Of a stretch of DNA of 64,000 bases, positions 33,339 to 44,676 are shown one piece after another. How positions within the stretch are numbered: position 1 is the stretch's first letter; each line of letters starts with the position of its first letter. This DNA is from Mayamaea pseudoterrestris (Eukaryota), in NCBI GenBank assembly GCA_027923505.1, contig BROI01000015.1, forward strand, positions 1 through 64,000. Direction: 5' to 3'. The position numbers and the translations under genes were made by a program. A model generated the notes under the pieces. That model saw nothing but the letters and a program-made list of their open reading frames with translations, did no database searches and had not been told where the DNA came from.

Positions 33339-34938
33339 CTAAATGCGAATCTGATACGATCCCGCCTTTGTAATGTATCGCACCCAGCGGTTTGTATGAT
33401 ATCCAGACTTGTCATAAACTCGCAAAAACCTGACATGAACGCCACTGGCGGTAAACATGGGTACCTGGAACTCAACGTTAATGGGCGGGCGTGTCCATGG
33501 CTTCGGGCGGACCGTGGGCATAAGATCAACGTCAGCGTTAATGATGCACTCCGCTTTTCCGGCGAAACGCTTTACGCGCCAAACAATTGCCTGTTGCTCC
33601 GGTTCATACTTGGCACGACCAAAGGTATTCTTAATCTTGGCCTTGGACGTATTTTTCGGCACTGGAATCTTTACGACAACGTGGGTAGCAAACAACTGAT
33701 CGGAAAAATTGGCAATAACCTTGACATTGATCGAGACCTTGGTCATATTTTGCTCCTCCTGCACAGCAGGAATGACGCGAAAAGGTAGCACAATATTTTC
33801 CGAGACTCGATAACGCATAAGCTCGTACTCGCCGTCAGGAGGAATAAAAGTAATTGTGCGGTCGGCATCAAATTTACCTAGCCGCACGCAACGATGAAAA
33901 ACGCAGTCACTGATTTCAACACCAGGCTTTCGGTCTTCCTTCTCCTTGTCAATGACAAGCTTGTCGTTCAAGCCAAACTTGCATTCGGGCATGCCAGTCA
34001 GTTTGGTGTTCATCTGCACAGCTCCGGTCACTTCATTGCGCAGAACGCTTCCGGTCGACGATAAAAGCAAGTTGACGCTTTCAAGCACATCAATGTATAC
34101 CTCATTCTTCTTGTGGCGAATCCCCTCGCGCCTCCAGTCAATTGCTCCAGTAATCTGGCTGGTCAGCTGGCTGGGTTCGGGTTCATCCTGCGGGCGGGTA
34201 TTGCCCAAGTTAATATAAAGGCGAAGGACATCCACAGATGTATTTTGCGGGTATCCGAAATCCATCGTCTCATCCATGAGCTCGTAAATAAGCGTCATGT
34301 TATTGCGCATGTGATTCTCGTCAAAGTCTTCGCCCAAGTAGGCCTTGAGTATCTTGATAAGTTGAAAGAGGTACTCAAAGACCAATGCGGGATTTACGTT
34401 GGCCCGAGTCAAAGCGACAAAGTACATGTTCAAATGACGAGTATAGAGAAAGGAGCAATTCTCTATGCGCTTGACTGGAGGTTCCGATCCAGTTTCCTTG
34501 GCGGCAACAACCTGAAGAATTATTACAGAAAGAAAGGATTGAGTTTGCAGCTGCGTTTAACGTATTTAGCTCACTTATTCAGCCCAATATGTTAATTTGT
34601 GTAAATGGGAAAATGGAATGCTAATAATAGGCAAGTGGCAAGGGGCTGCCCCGTCTCGTGCATCGGTTCGAAGGAGCAGCTTGCGAGAAAGGAACAATTC
34701 GCTACTTACTTGAAGTCGAAACGAGTCTGCGGCCGCACGTCCAACATCGTCTCTTTGTTATTATAAAAGAAGAAGAAAATGCATAAGATAACGGATGTCA
34801 CAAAGCAACGACAGGTTGATTGCTGCAATACAAAACTCTCGCTGAAGCAATCAGCGTCAAACAGAAAATGACCTACCTATACTGACGGGAGATCATAATG
34901 TCTCCCTTTTGATTTAGCACCATTATCATGGAAATCAT
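33339..34938 (-). CDS. AP2M1: AP-2 adaptor complex mu subunit, 3 exons (34938-34877, 34752-34710, 34511-33339)
   Basis: Spliced start MISMIMVLNQKGDIMISRQYRDDV; DFGYPQN, ITGAIDWRREGI, GMPECKFGLNDK, FIPPDGEYELM and WVRYITKAGSYQIR. Both GT-AG introns keep the frame. Confidence 0.92.
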
Positions 34939-35028
34939 TATGGCGTGCGTCGTCAATTGCTGCGACTAATTGTATCTGTAAGAAGGCTCGTTCTGTCTCG
35001 AGGCAACGTAATGCAGGCAGCAGCAGCA

Positions 35029-35392
35029 GTGAGCAACACGCTGGGATGCATGCGCTGATTTGGATCGCGCGCAGCGATGGATGGTCATTCGAGCTGGAAG
35101 GGGGTGTTCACCCCCACCGATCGCCGTGGGCCTTTGGTAGCTATCAATTGCAAGCCAGAGCATATAGCTGTGCAATAGTCCCGTAGCACATTAGACTTCC
35201 ATACCAGCAAAGCATGCAGTGAAACATTGCGACAACAGTCAGTAATAGTATTTACAATATTTATTACAATCACCCTACTCGCCATTGTGCCATGCCCCGC
35301 ATCCATGTGAGAAAAAAAGATGAGCATTTTACAACTACGATTCATCAACGTTCCTAATCCAAATGCCGACGCTTTTCTGTCCCTCCTCGTTG
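35029..35392. repeat. 364-bp duplicate of 44352-44715 (last codons of UTP20 plus downstream DNA)
   Basis: Colinear at offset 9323 with about 7 substitutions counted by eye. Confidence 0.95.
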
Positions 35393-36112
35393 AGCCGATC
35401 GTCGATGGATGCTGGACTGGCATGCCAGCGGTTGCAATGATCTTGGACGACAAGCCTTGGGACAACACAAGGTGATTTTCTGATACCACGAGCTCGCGGG
35501 AACATATACCATTGAAGCTGTGGCACCGGAGTTTGATCGTCTTTGCAAAAAGACGACGGCAGTATCGAGCAGTACTGCCAGTCCGAGGATTGCCGCTGTA
35601 ACAATTGCAGATCGCTTGGGATTGCTGCGCATCTTTCGCCTGAAATTGATCCGAAGGCTCTTGGCGATGGATACTCGCGGTGTAGACGGTTCCGTAGACT
35701 CCCTCAAAATCGTCATCGTCAAAAGCAGGTTGACATTCAAGCGATTTCTGATATCCAACCAAGTCTGCGATGCGGATGCATCGGCATTGTCATTGGACAC
35801 CAGATTTTTACCTGATGATGGGCTTTGGTGACCTTTTTACCTTTTTCTTGGCCGTCGGTATCAAAGCGGCGCGATTGTCCGCTTCTTTCTTTGCCCCTGG
35901 GGTATCGAATTCGACGTTTGTTGTGGCAGTGCACGTTTGGACATGTCTTTCAATACTGGCGGCCTTGCCGCCCCTCTCTTTGCTCCGTTTCTCCCTTGTC
36001 TAATCATCACTGGTATCTGGCTCAGTTTCGGCTTTTTGACGCCTGAGCAGACAGTTTTTTCAGGACCTTTTCCTTCTCGTCCTGGGGATGTCACTACCGG
36101 CTCGTCGTTCAT
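35393..36112 (-). pseudogene. Frameshifted 5' fragment of a membrane-anchored protein, possibly PhoX/DUF839-like, cut off at the duplication junction
   Basis: Overlapping short ORFs in different frames, a TM segment AIVTAAILGLAVLLDTAVVFL, then LVLSQGLSSKIIATAGMPV. The PhoX resemblance is from memory and weak. Confidence 0.35.
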
Positions 36113-37039
36113 CGTCGTCGTCGTCGCTGGGAGATGCTCTCTTCGTCACTCATTTCGGACTGCTGCATGTATCTACAAGCATTCACGCATTTTCTCTCCT
36201 GGTTTTCGAAACAGTGAGGGGAGAAAAAAGCCGCCACCCTTGGTCGAGTTGGCCGCTCCGTGATGGATTTGGCGATCACGATTCATATCAGCGGTGCGAC
36301 ATCAGTCGTGGTTTTATACCGCTCTGCGCACCTTCGACATCTCATCATCAACATTGCAGCCATCCTCAGCTGCGGTGCTTCGTGTAGCTACAGTAGGGCG
36401 GCGGTTTATGGTGTACAAAGTTTCAAATGGCGACGCAGCGATGCCCAATAAAGTGTTTAGGTTTGAGTTCAAACTTCAGTGTGGCTTAGGCTGCATCCAT
36501 GATTCAACGCGGCAAGCTGCTGGCTGCTTTGACCTACTCAGTGGTAGATGCCTTGATTTTGCCATTTTCGATTAAGCTCACGATACTCTTTTGAGAGACT
36601 TTTATCAGAACATGTGTTTTGCAAAGAGCTTTTTGTCGCCATGCTAGACGCGTTCGTGTCTCGTTGGCCGTGTGACAGGTGCTCGCTGAAAATTTGTGGC
36701 CAAAGCGGAAGGAGTGCGGTCATGGTGTCATGGCCGCGAACCGAGCCCATCGCTCATTTCCAACTCGCTGCACGTATGGCAGTTTTGTCGACCATTCCGG
36801 GATTAGGAAACGTTTCGTCTTCCGAGTCATTTGTATTGAATCAGGACGGAACGAAATTACTCTCATTGCAGCACTAATCTGCGTCGAACGAGCTGGGCAA
36901 TCGCGCAGCTCATCCTTCGCACGGATCAAGTATTTCCAGACAATACAATGGTGGACACCAATCAGACTCGTCACGGTCGAAGTGCCGCCATGATGATTGT
37001 AACTGTGGCGTCGGTGGGATTGCTTGTGCCATTACCATG

Positions 37040-38052
37040 AGCAGAATGTTTGACGACTCTTTTTCTCCCAGCTCAAATAATGCAAATCAAAAGAAGGTGC
37101 ATCTTGAAACTGAACGCCGAAACCTCATGCTTGCTTGGAATAGACCTTGATGTAAATGAATTGCACGACCTTGTAACGGTCAAAAGCGTTACAAGACGGA
37201 CGAACCTTCCATGGCGCCAAGCATTGCACGAACATCTCGCCCACCACTCAGCAGGAAACAAACGAAAGCGCCAACGAAACCGGCGAAAGAAGAGAGAAAT
37301 AACAGTTCATCCTCCATTGTTCCGACCCAGTCACTTGGTACGCAAGCCCCCACTTGGGTGTATTCGTACATGCGTGGGCCAGAGCCAACGGCGGAAATGA
37401 AACCGTGGCACCCACTCTGAATGCAACGAGCGAGCCTTCGCTGACGCCATCGCTAATCTTGACGACAGCACCTCCGACTGTTACACTTGGAACTGAGAAT
37501 ATCAACGACAAAAGAAACAGACAGCAAGTTATAAAAGATCAAGAGCAGTCCATCTCGTTCATGACTGAAGCGCCAACTTTTCAGTTGGCAACGGAAACTC
37601 CAACTATCGGCATCATTGGCACGCATCCTCCAACACTTACTCCCCGCAATATGCAGCCATCATCTGCTCCAAGTATATCGACAGCTGCTCCATCCTTTTT
37701 GTTCGACAACATGGAAGGAGTACCAACCACTACTCCCGTCAAGAGGCGCATGCGTAAAACCATTGCACCAACCGTTCGCATGCGCCGACGACGATCCAAA
37801 ACAGTGGAGCACCGACGCGCCGGGCATGCGACGGCGTCCACCAACGATTGCTCCACGCGACGCAAGCGGCGCGTTACGGCAGCACCAACGGCAAACGCAT
37901 TGACATTGGCACCGTCAAGTGCTGCACCGTCCGTCGTACCCGTTCCCACCCAGGAGCCAACGGTGCACATGTTTACCGACTTTTGGCCGACGCCGTCGCC
38001 ATTGATTGCGACGGAACTGCCGCAGTCGGAAGTGAATGGTAACAGAGATTGA
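37040..38052 (+). pseudogene. Pro/Thr-rich (xAPT repeat) surface-type protein, apparently frameshifted
   Basis: TKAPT, TVAPT, SEPS and TEAPT motifs are split across ORFs 37211-37420 and 37354-38052. Confidence 0.4.
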
Positions 38053-38287
38053 GCGCAGCCGTAGTGGTGGCAGGAAAAGAAAGTTTACATGGATGCTTGA
38101 AACAACATTTTGCGTGAGCAGTAAAAATCAATAAGATAAATAAATTTAATTGTGTATGGTTCGGTGCTTAAGCAAGACTACGAGTAGACTGACAGTTCCA
38201 GTTGCAAATAGAGGTTCACATGTGTTTCCTCGAAAGAAAGTATACTCAAGACCACATCCACCACCAGCAGCATTCTACCGGTAGCCT

Positions 38288-39238
38288 CTATGACAATTGC
38301 GAAAGTAGTTGATCCGCAGCTCGCTCCACGTTGTTGTTTGTCGCCTGCAGCGTGCGAACTACTTGATCTTGGTCAAAGCCCATCATGACGAGCTGCTCAA
38401 TGGCGGCTGGGTCTGCTTCACGACAACTGGTCGTGGCGGAGCTACTACTGGGCGAACCATTGGACGAGCATTAGCAGCCGCAGCATGATGATTCAAGACG
38501 TTTACTCCATTGGCTGCTGTGGAAATCAAGACGCGCGGTGGCGCTTGCACCTTTTGCAGCAGCAGCGTCGCGTGGCTGGCAAGCCCCATGACGTTTGGAA
38601 ACTGCAGTTGCAGCCTGCAAAACAAGCAGCAAGCCATCATTCCCCAATATAGCGGGTTGCAGTCCCTCACGGAACAATACTAGGCCAAAGAGATAAAAGA
38701 TTGACTTTTCCGATGCTTCCAAACCAAGAATGGAGAAGAAGCTTGGATATAGTCGCGGCGCGTAGCAGTAGTAGAGCCACAGGCAAGCTCCCAGCAGCGG
38801 ATACGGTCCGTCGTAACGCTTGCCTGGCATGACATTGACCGTCAGTAGCTCCAACAGTATCACGAGAGCATTGCAAAAGAGACATAGCCATATGAACCGC
38901 AAGCTTCCAAGCTCACGCTCATATCTTCGCCCAAACGTCCCCAGCAGTATACCTCCAAGTATGAGAGGACCCGGCGCTGAAAAGGTTAATTTACAAACCA
39001 TCAGGCGAAATATTATGGCAACTATGCTCGCCGTTGGTTCGTTGTTTTCGTAATATTCAAGTAAATGCCAAACGTTTCGCATCAGGTACAGCAGCAAGAC
39101 TTGGGCGAGGAGCAGTTTTGTCACTGGCGCGCCGTCAAACATTTTGAAACTAGAGCCTGCTGCTGCATGGTGACTGCGAGCGGCGGCAGCTGGAGGTACT
39201 GCTGGAGGTACCATGATGTTTTGAATAGGGCGGGGCAT
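38288..39238 (-). pseudogene. Rhomboid-like plus UBA protein (UBAC2/Dsc2-like), frameshifted
   Basis: FDGAPVTKLL...RRYERELGSLRF...GPYPLLGA membrane domain. The UBA domain DPAAIEQLVMMGFDQDQVVRTLQATNNNVERAADQLL lies in a different frame ending at 38288. Confidence 0.7.
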
Positions 39239-39254
39239 GTGACAATGTCATGGG

Positions 39255-42200
39255 TGTTGGATCTAGAATATATCTTGCGCGCCCTTGAAGCGACACTAAT
39301 GATTAAGCAGAACAGAGTCAATAAAACCACTTTACTTATTTTCTCCAAGAAGTGATCGTCCTCGATCCACTCCTTCGGTTGCCGCTTACCGCGCTTACTT
39401 AAATGTGACCGTCTTCGTGACGTCACCGCTGCCGCTTCGGTTTGGGTTCTCATCCATGCTCAACACACTCCTTTGGGCCGAGTAGTACTTACTGCTCGAG
39501 GCCAGATTCATAACCAGGTTGCGGAGCTTGCCAAACTGGGCTCCCTGCAATGGTTTCGTGAAGAAATCCGCGACCATGTCTCCGGTCGGACAATGCTCAA
39601 TGTTGACTTCACCAGCTGCCACGCGATCTTTCACAAAGAAGTACCGAACATTCATGTGTCGCGTGCGCTTTGTACTTGAGCTTCTGCCATTCTTTTCCAA
39701 CAGCATTGAACTCATATTGTCTTGATACAATTTCGTGTCTTTGACCCCGAAACCTTGCGCCTTCAGAAAATATCCTGTCCACAGCAACTGCGGTAGCACA
39801 TCATGAACTCCCACAACTTCGCTCTCCGTCGAGCTTCTTGTTACCAACTTCTGTTTAGCCGACGTACTGTACACTGATCCTTGGCCAAGTGTCATTGTTC
39901 CACCAGTGTGACCCTTCATGTCTGGGTGCACCGCGTACGACGCATCCACCCACCACTGGACTATCCCGGACTGGTCCGCCTTCAGCGTCAACACCATGTC
40001 CACGCTTCCGCGTAAATATTTAATCACTCTTGCAGCCTTCTTATAGTCGTCTTCGTCAGGCTGCTGCAGCCTCGTGCTCAAGAAAGAAATCGCTGTGCGA
40101 ATATCCGGTCGCGCTCGCTGACTCAGATACAGACACTGCATCACAATCGTCACAAAAATCTGCTTCTTCGCTTCGCTCAACATGACAGGATTTTCCGATA
40201 TCTGAAACAAGTGACTGGCTGCCGGAGTAGCTGCCGTTCCATCCATGTCGTCTGGCGCATGATGCAGGATGTTCTTCACATAGTCAACCATGTTGATTGC
40301 TACTTCTCCAGGCTTAGTATAGTCCAATACCATGCCGAGGTAGTCGTGCACTTTTCCGCGTGACTTATTCATTGGAGTCTCCTTGCCAAACTCCTCATCC
40401 ATCTGCGCGATGAACTCATCCACTACGCTCACGTCGACGTGCGAAATCTTCAAATCGTCCACGTGCCATCCCACGGTGATTTGCTTCCCATTGACAATCT
40501 TGTTGCACACACACGGATCGTACGGGTTCTTCTCGAAGCCCCACTCAAGCAATTTTGCGGACAACTTCTCCCAGAATAGTCGCGCTGCTCGAAGCGTACC
40601 ATAAAGCGCCATGAGTAATTCAACATACATGACTTTCTCGCCATTCTCCATTGTGACGCAAGGCTCGTACATCTCGCGATCAATTTCCAACAGTAGCTCC
40701 ACCATCTTCCCAGTGAAACGAACGTGCACCAACTCATCCATTTCCGCTTGCATGAAAGCACCCGGTACATCAACCACAGCAACCTCGCGCCCTTCCATAG
40801 CGTCAATGATAGCTGTCAGAAAGATGGCCTCTGTCGCTATCGTTGGAGATGCTGCGTCTTCCTTTGCAGTGTATGCTCGTTGCTTGCGTCCATCCGCGCA
40901 TCCGCGTCCCTTCACAGTCCCGCATCTCTTGCGCTTGAGAAACATCAAATACGCCAGAGCGTCCTTGCGCTGCTGCGGAGTCAGAGTGCATTGGGGGACT
41001 GCCTTCATGACGTGCCTGTCGTGTAGCTGCTGCATTTCCTTGCGCACTGCCTCCACTCCAGCATCGCCAAAAGCCTTTAAACCTTGTCGCATATTCATCT
41101 GTGCCGTGACGAGTGGCTCCGACACTTCCTCTGCAGCGTCGAGCGTGAACAAATGAGCGAACGAGCGAGGTTTGCGCGCACGCAGGCCATACCGACCAGT
41201 GCGTGGGCCATAGCGCGCATCGAAATCCTCTTCGTCTGCAGCAGCTGGCACTCCTTCAATTTCGCCTTCATCGGGCACTCCTTCAATTTCGCCATCATCC
41301 ACGGCTGGCGCGTCGTCAAGTTCGCCGTCAATGGCCTCACCATCCTCGTCGTTCGGCACTCCTTCGATTGCGCCGTCAGCACCATCGTCGTCGTCGTCGT
41401 CGTCATAATCAGAGTCATCATCATCCTCGGCGTCATCTTCGTGCCACATGACTGGCTCAGCAGCCTCCGCAACACGGTGGCGGTCCATGAACACGATGCC
41501 CGGATTGGCCTTCTGTTGACGAGCGAGACGATGCACGCGCTCAATGACATCATCAGGCATGGGCAAAGGCGTAGCGTGCCCACGATTCAGAACTTTGCCC
41601 GAAGACAAACTGAGGAAATAAAACCCACCCTGCACATTACCAGTCGGGCGCAGAGCCAGCGCACCGATCGTGCGCGCCTGCATGTCATTGCTGTGCGACT
41701 CATGCGTTTGCACATACTGACCAAATTCATACTTGCAATGCCGATTAAAGTCAACTGTCTGACCAGTCACAATAGTGCGTGGACTGAGATCCTTCGAAAT
41801 GCCACGCTCGTTCGGAAACGCATTCAACCAAAACACGGCAGACTTCGTCATTTCGATAACCAAGCGTGCCGGCACGTGCTTAAATGGCAACGTGTTGTAT
41901 GTCGCGCGCACCCGTTCTTTCACGACACGGATAAAACGTTCAATTTCGCCAACGTGTTCATCCTCAGATGTCGCATTGAGCGCCACTCCGAGATCAGCCA
42001 ACGCGCCAAGCATTGGAGCGAACTCCCCATCCATCAGAGCCGCGACGACACGGAACCCACCGCGTGCGTAAATCTTCAACACAGACTCGATTGCCTTCAA
42101 CATAACCGGAAGCGTACGGTTTTGAATCACCTCAACCGTAGCAAAACGAATGCTGCGGGAGAACGTCACCAACATAGGGACTTTGTTGATATACATGATG

Positions 42201-44351
42201 TCAGCACAAAGAGTAACGTCTCGATAGCGACTCATGATAGCCGGTGGAAGCTGCTCAACAATCGCAGGCTTCACCAGATGCGACGCGCGACGCGTCGTCT
42301 TTCCTTTTAACGAGCCAACATCTGGTCCAAAGATGTGCTCAGCAGCCAGGATGTCGGCCTTCGTCACAGGACAGTTCGGCAACTGATTGCTAGTAACGAT
42401 GCGCAGGTAATCCTTGAGGCTTGGCCGTCCAATTTTGATTTGCAGTTCCCTAGCTCTAACAGCGCGTAAATAGTCATCATTGGTGTAGTTAGTACGGTTA
42501 TCGTCTACCGTAGTCAACATCGCCACTCCATCCTTGACATCGCTGCGCTTGCCCTTCGAAAAGCTCTCGCAAACATACAGCCCAGAGTCAGTCTCGACAA
42601 ACTCTCGCTGCTTACCATCCGGCTTCTCCACAACGAACATTGGACGATCCACGCCGTGCATGAGATACTCCACGGTAAACTTCTTGCGGACTTGCGCCAA
42701 ACTCAAAATGTTCGCCAGTCCCTGCGGATACCACCACACCGGACCATAGCCCTCCAGGTCGCCCATCATGTTCGTCCTTACTGTACCAGCGTTGCACTTG
42801 ATCACCATCCACGTTGGCACCGGGCGAATGTTCGTCAGCATCTTGGCGTTGCAGAACAGATCCACTGTCGACTGATTGTCCAAGAGCACAGCCTTCTTCG
42901 AGATGTTCACCTTCGGCGGCTGCGCGAACATGTATCCGACCTCATCGTCGTCATCGCTTTCTTCCTCGCTACCCAGCGTGAAGTGCTGCGCCCCACTAGC
43001 CTCTGCAGCCGGCGCACTCTCCGTAGACTCCGTTCTCGTAGGACAGTCTCGCTGCACATGACCAACCTGTTGACAGGTCCAGCATCTGGGAGGGTCACGC
43101 GCTGTACCAGTCGTGTGAAACGCCACGCCCTCGTTCGTTGGCAACGTGGCTTCTCCATCCGCATGCTCACGACGCTGCATGATGTTGTATGCATCGTGGA
43201 TCGTCAACGGGAAGTTGTCGTGCCCGTCGAGGTAGCAGTTGCGCAAGTGCTTGCAATACCCAGCGTATTCGCCCGTTGCGCCACGCACGAAAAGCATCGC
43301 AAGCTCGAGCTCTTCGGCGGCCTTGATATCCTCCTTGTTCGCCTTGTTACGATTGTCATCCTTGGCAATGTTCAACGCCACAATCTCGTTGTGCATCGTG
43401 ACGCCAACCGCCTTCGCCACGTCTGCCAGCGTGACCATGCTTTCGTAATATTTCTGCAGGCTTTCGCGCGCTCCTTGAGTACGTCCGAACAACTCAGCTT
43501 GAATGTCCACGACTTGATCCACAAGTTTGCAGCGCCCTTCGTACGTATGCGAGATCTCCTTGATAATCGCCAGCAACTTAATTCCGTCCGTGTCCTCCTC
43601 GGCGTCTCGGAACTTGGCGTGCGACTTGACACGATCCTTCATACGCTCCGTGCATTGTCCATGCAACACGGCGTAGAGACCAGCGAGGAAGTCGGAGTAT
43701 ACACGCACGCGCTCGACATGCTCTTTCTTGTCGGCCTTGTATTCCTCGAGCATTATGGACCAGTCCGAGTCCGTCGTGTCGGCATCCTTCGTTGGACGTG
43801 CAGGCTCGTCAGGAATCTCCAGTTCCACGTTGCGCATGCCCTTGAGCAGCTCCTTGGTATATTTCTTGTAGGAGCGCCCGACGAAAGTGATGATCTCGTT
43901 CGTCGTACGGATGAATCCATCGGGATCGCGCGAACCGTTATAGTCGTAGATGAATCCAGCGAGCGTCGGCTCGCTTCCTTGGAAATTTCCACTCGGCGCA
44001 CGACTCGGTCCGTTGAGTCTGTTACCATTGCCTTGATTCCCGGAACGATTCCCAGCACGATTCCCACGACGATAATGACGGTTGCGTCGGTTTCCTTCGC
44101 TTGCTGGCGGAGCGGGAGGTGCACCTCCACCGCTCGACGCCGCTCCTGTCGTCGGAGTATTGCTCGTCGAAGACATGTCTTTTCACTCGCTTCTTGGAGA
44201 AAATGTTGGATCTAGAATATATCTTGCGCGCCCTTGAAGCGACACTAATGATTAAGCAGAACAGAGTCAATAAAACCACTTTACTTAAATGTGACCGTCT
44301 TCGTGACGTCACCGCTGCCGCTTCGGTTTGGGTTCTCATCCATGCTCAACA
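39255..44351 (-). mobile_element. Full-length Ty1/copia element D with LTRs 44204-44351 (5') and 39255-39465 (3')
   Basis: LTRs TGTTG...CAACA, identical except for a 63-bp indel. Purine tract AAAGGAG just before the 3' LTR. Palindrome GTGACGTCAC in U3 (39417-39426). Flanks ATGGG and GTGAG do not match, so there is no TSD. Confidence 0.96.
39395..44176 (-). CDS. Intact single Gag-Pol polyprotein of element D (1593 aa)
   Basis: CWTCQQVGHVQRDC knuckle, LLDNQST protease, ADIMY...DGEF...EIER integrase, VDVPGAF/ALYG/WHVDD RT and VDASYA...STESE...QDN...ADFFTKPL RNase H, in copia order. Confidence 0.96.
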   Translation of the reverse strand: MSSTSNTPTTGAASSGGGAPPAPPASEGNRRNRHYRRGNRAGNRSGNQGNGNRLNGPSRAPSGNFQGSEPTLAGFIYDYNGSRDPDGFIRTTNEIITFVGRSYKKYTKELLKGMRNVELEIPDEPARPTKDADTTDSDWSIMLEEYKADKKEHVERVRVYSDFLAGLYAVLHGQCTERMKDRVKSHAKFRDAEEDTDGIKLLAIIKEISHTYEGRCKLVDQVVDIQAELFGRTQGARESLQKYYESMVTLADVAKAVGVTMHNEIVALNIAKDDNRNKANKEDIKAAEELELAMLFVRGATGEYAGYCKHLRNCYLDGHDNFPLTIHDAYNIMQRREHADGEATLPTNEGVAFHTTGTARDPPRCWTCQQVGHVQRDCPTRTESTESAPAAEASGAQHFTLGSEEESDDDDEVGYMFAQPPKVNISKKAVLLDNQSTVDLFCNAKMLTNIRPVPTWMVIKCNAGTVRTNMMGDLEGYGPVWWYPQGLANILSLAQVRKKFTVEYLMHGVDRPMFVVEKPDGKQREFVETDSGLYVCESFSKGKRSDVKDGVAMLTTVDDNRTNYTNDDYLRAVRARELQIKIGRPSLKDYLRIVTSNQLPNCPVTKADILAAEHIFGPDVGSLKGKTTRRASHLVKPAIVEQLPPAIMSRYRDVTLCADIMYINKVPMLVTFSRSIRFATVEVIQNRTLPVMLKAIESVLKIYARGGFRVVAALMDGEFAPMLGALADLGVALNATSEDEHVGEIERFIRVVKERVRATYNTLPFKHVPARLVIEMTKSAVFWLNAFPNERGISKDLSPRTIVTGQTVDFNRHCKYEFGQYVQTHESHSNDMQARTIGALALRPTGNVQGGFYFLSLSSGKVLNRGHATPLPMPDDVIERVHRLARQQKANPGIVFMDRHRVAEAAEPVMWHEDDAEDDDDSDYDDDDDDDGADGAIEGVPNDEDGEAIDGELDDAPAVDDGEIEGVPDEGEIEGVPAAADEEDFDARYGPRTGRYGLRARKPRSFAHLFTLDAAEEVSEPLVTAQMNMRQGLKAFGDAGVEAVRKEMQQLHDRHVMKAVPQCTLTPQQRKDALAYLMFLKRKRCGTVKGRGCADGRKQRAYTAKEDAASPTIATEAIFLTAIIDAMEGREVAVVDVPGAFMQAEMDELVHVRFTGKMVELLLEIDREMYEPCVTMENGEKVMYVELLMALYGTLRAARLFWEKLSAKLLEWGFEKNPYDPCVCNKIVNGKQITVGWHVDDLKISHVDVSVVDEFIAQMDEEFGKETPMNKSRGKVHDYLGMVLDYTKPGEVAINMVDYVKNILHHAPDDMDGTAATPAASHLFQISENPVMLSEAKKQIFVTIVMQCLYLSQRARPDIRTAISFLSTRLQQPDEDDYKKAARVIKYLRGSVDMVLTLKADQSGIVQWWVDASYAVHPDMKGHTGGTMTLGQGSVYSTSAKQKLVTRSSTESEVVGVHDVLPQLLWTGYFLKAQGFGVKDTKLYQDNMSSMLLEKNGRSSSTKRTRHMNVRYFFVKDRVAAGEVNIEHCPTGDMVADFFTKPLQGAQFGKLRNLVMNLASSSKYYSAQRSVLSMDENPNRSGSGDVTKTVTFK

Positions 44352-44676
44352 GTGAGCAACACGCTGGGATGCATGCGCTGATTTGGATCGAGCGCAGCGA
44401 TGGATGGTCATTCGAGCTGGAAGGGGGTGTTCACCCCCACTGATCGCCGTGGGCCTTTGGTAGCTATCAATTGCAAGCCAGAGCATATAGCTGTGCAATA
44501 GTCCCGTAGCACATTAGACTTCCATACCAGCAAAGCATGCAGTGAAACATTGCGACAACAGTCAGTAATAGTATTTACAATATTTATTATAATCACCCTA
44601 CTCGCCATTGTGCCATGCCCCGCATCCATGTGAGAAAAAAAGACGAGCATTTTACAACTACGATTCATCAAAGTTC

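Noticed and set aside
35085..35604. Independent genes from ORFs 35085-35762 and 44408-44671 with near-identical C-termini
   Set aside because: The similarity comes from the 364-bp duplication of DNA downstream of UTP20.
41084..44215. Long plus-strand ORFs (408 and 519 aa) antisense to element D
   Set aside because: Shadow ORFs from codon bias of the gag-pol frame; no motifs.
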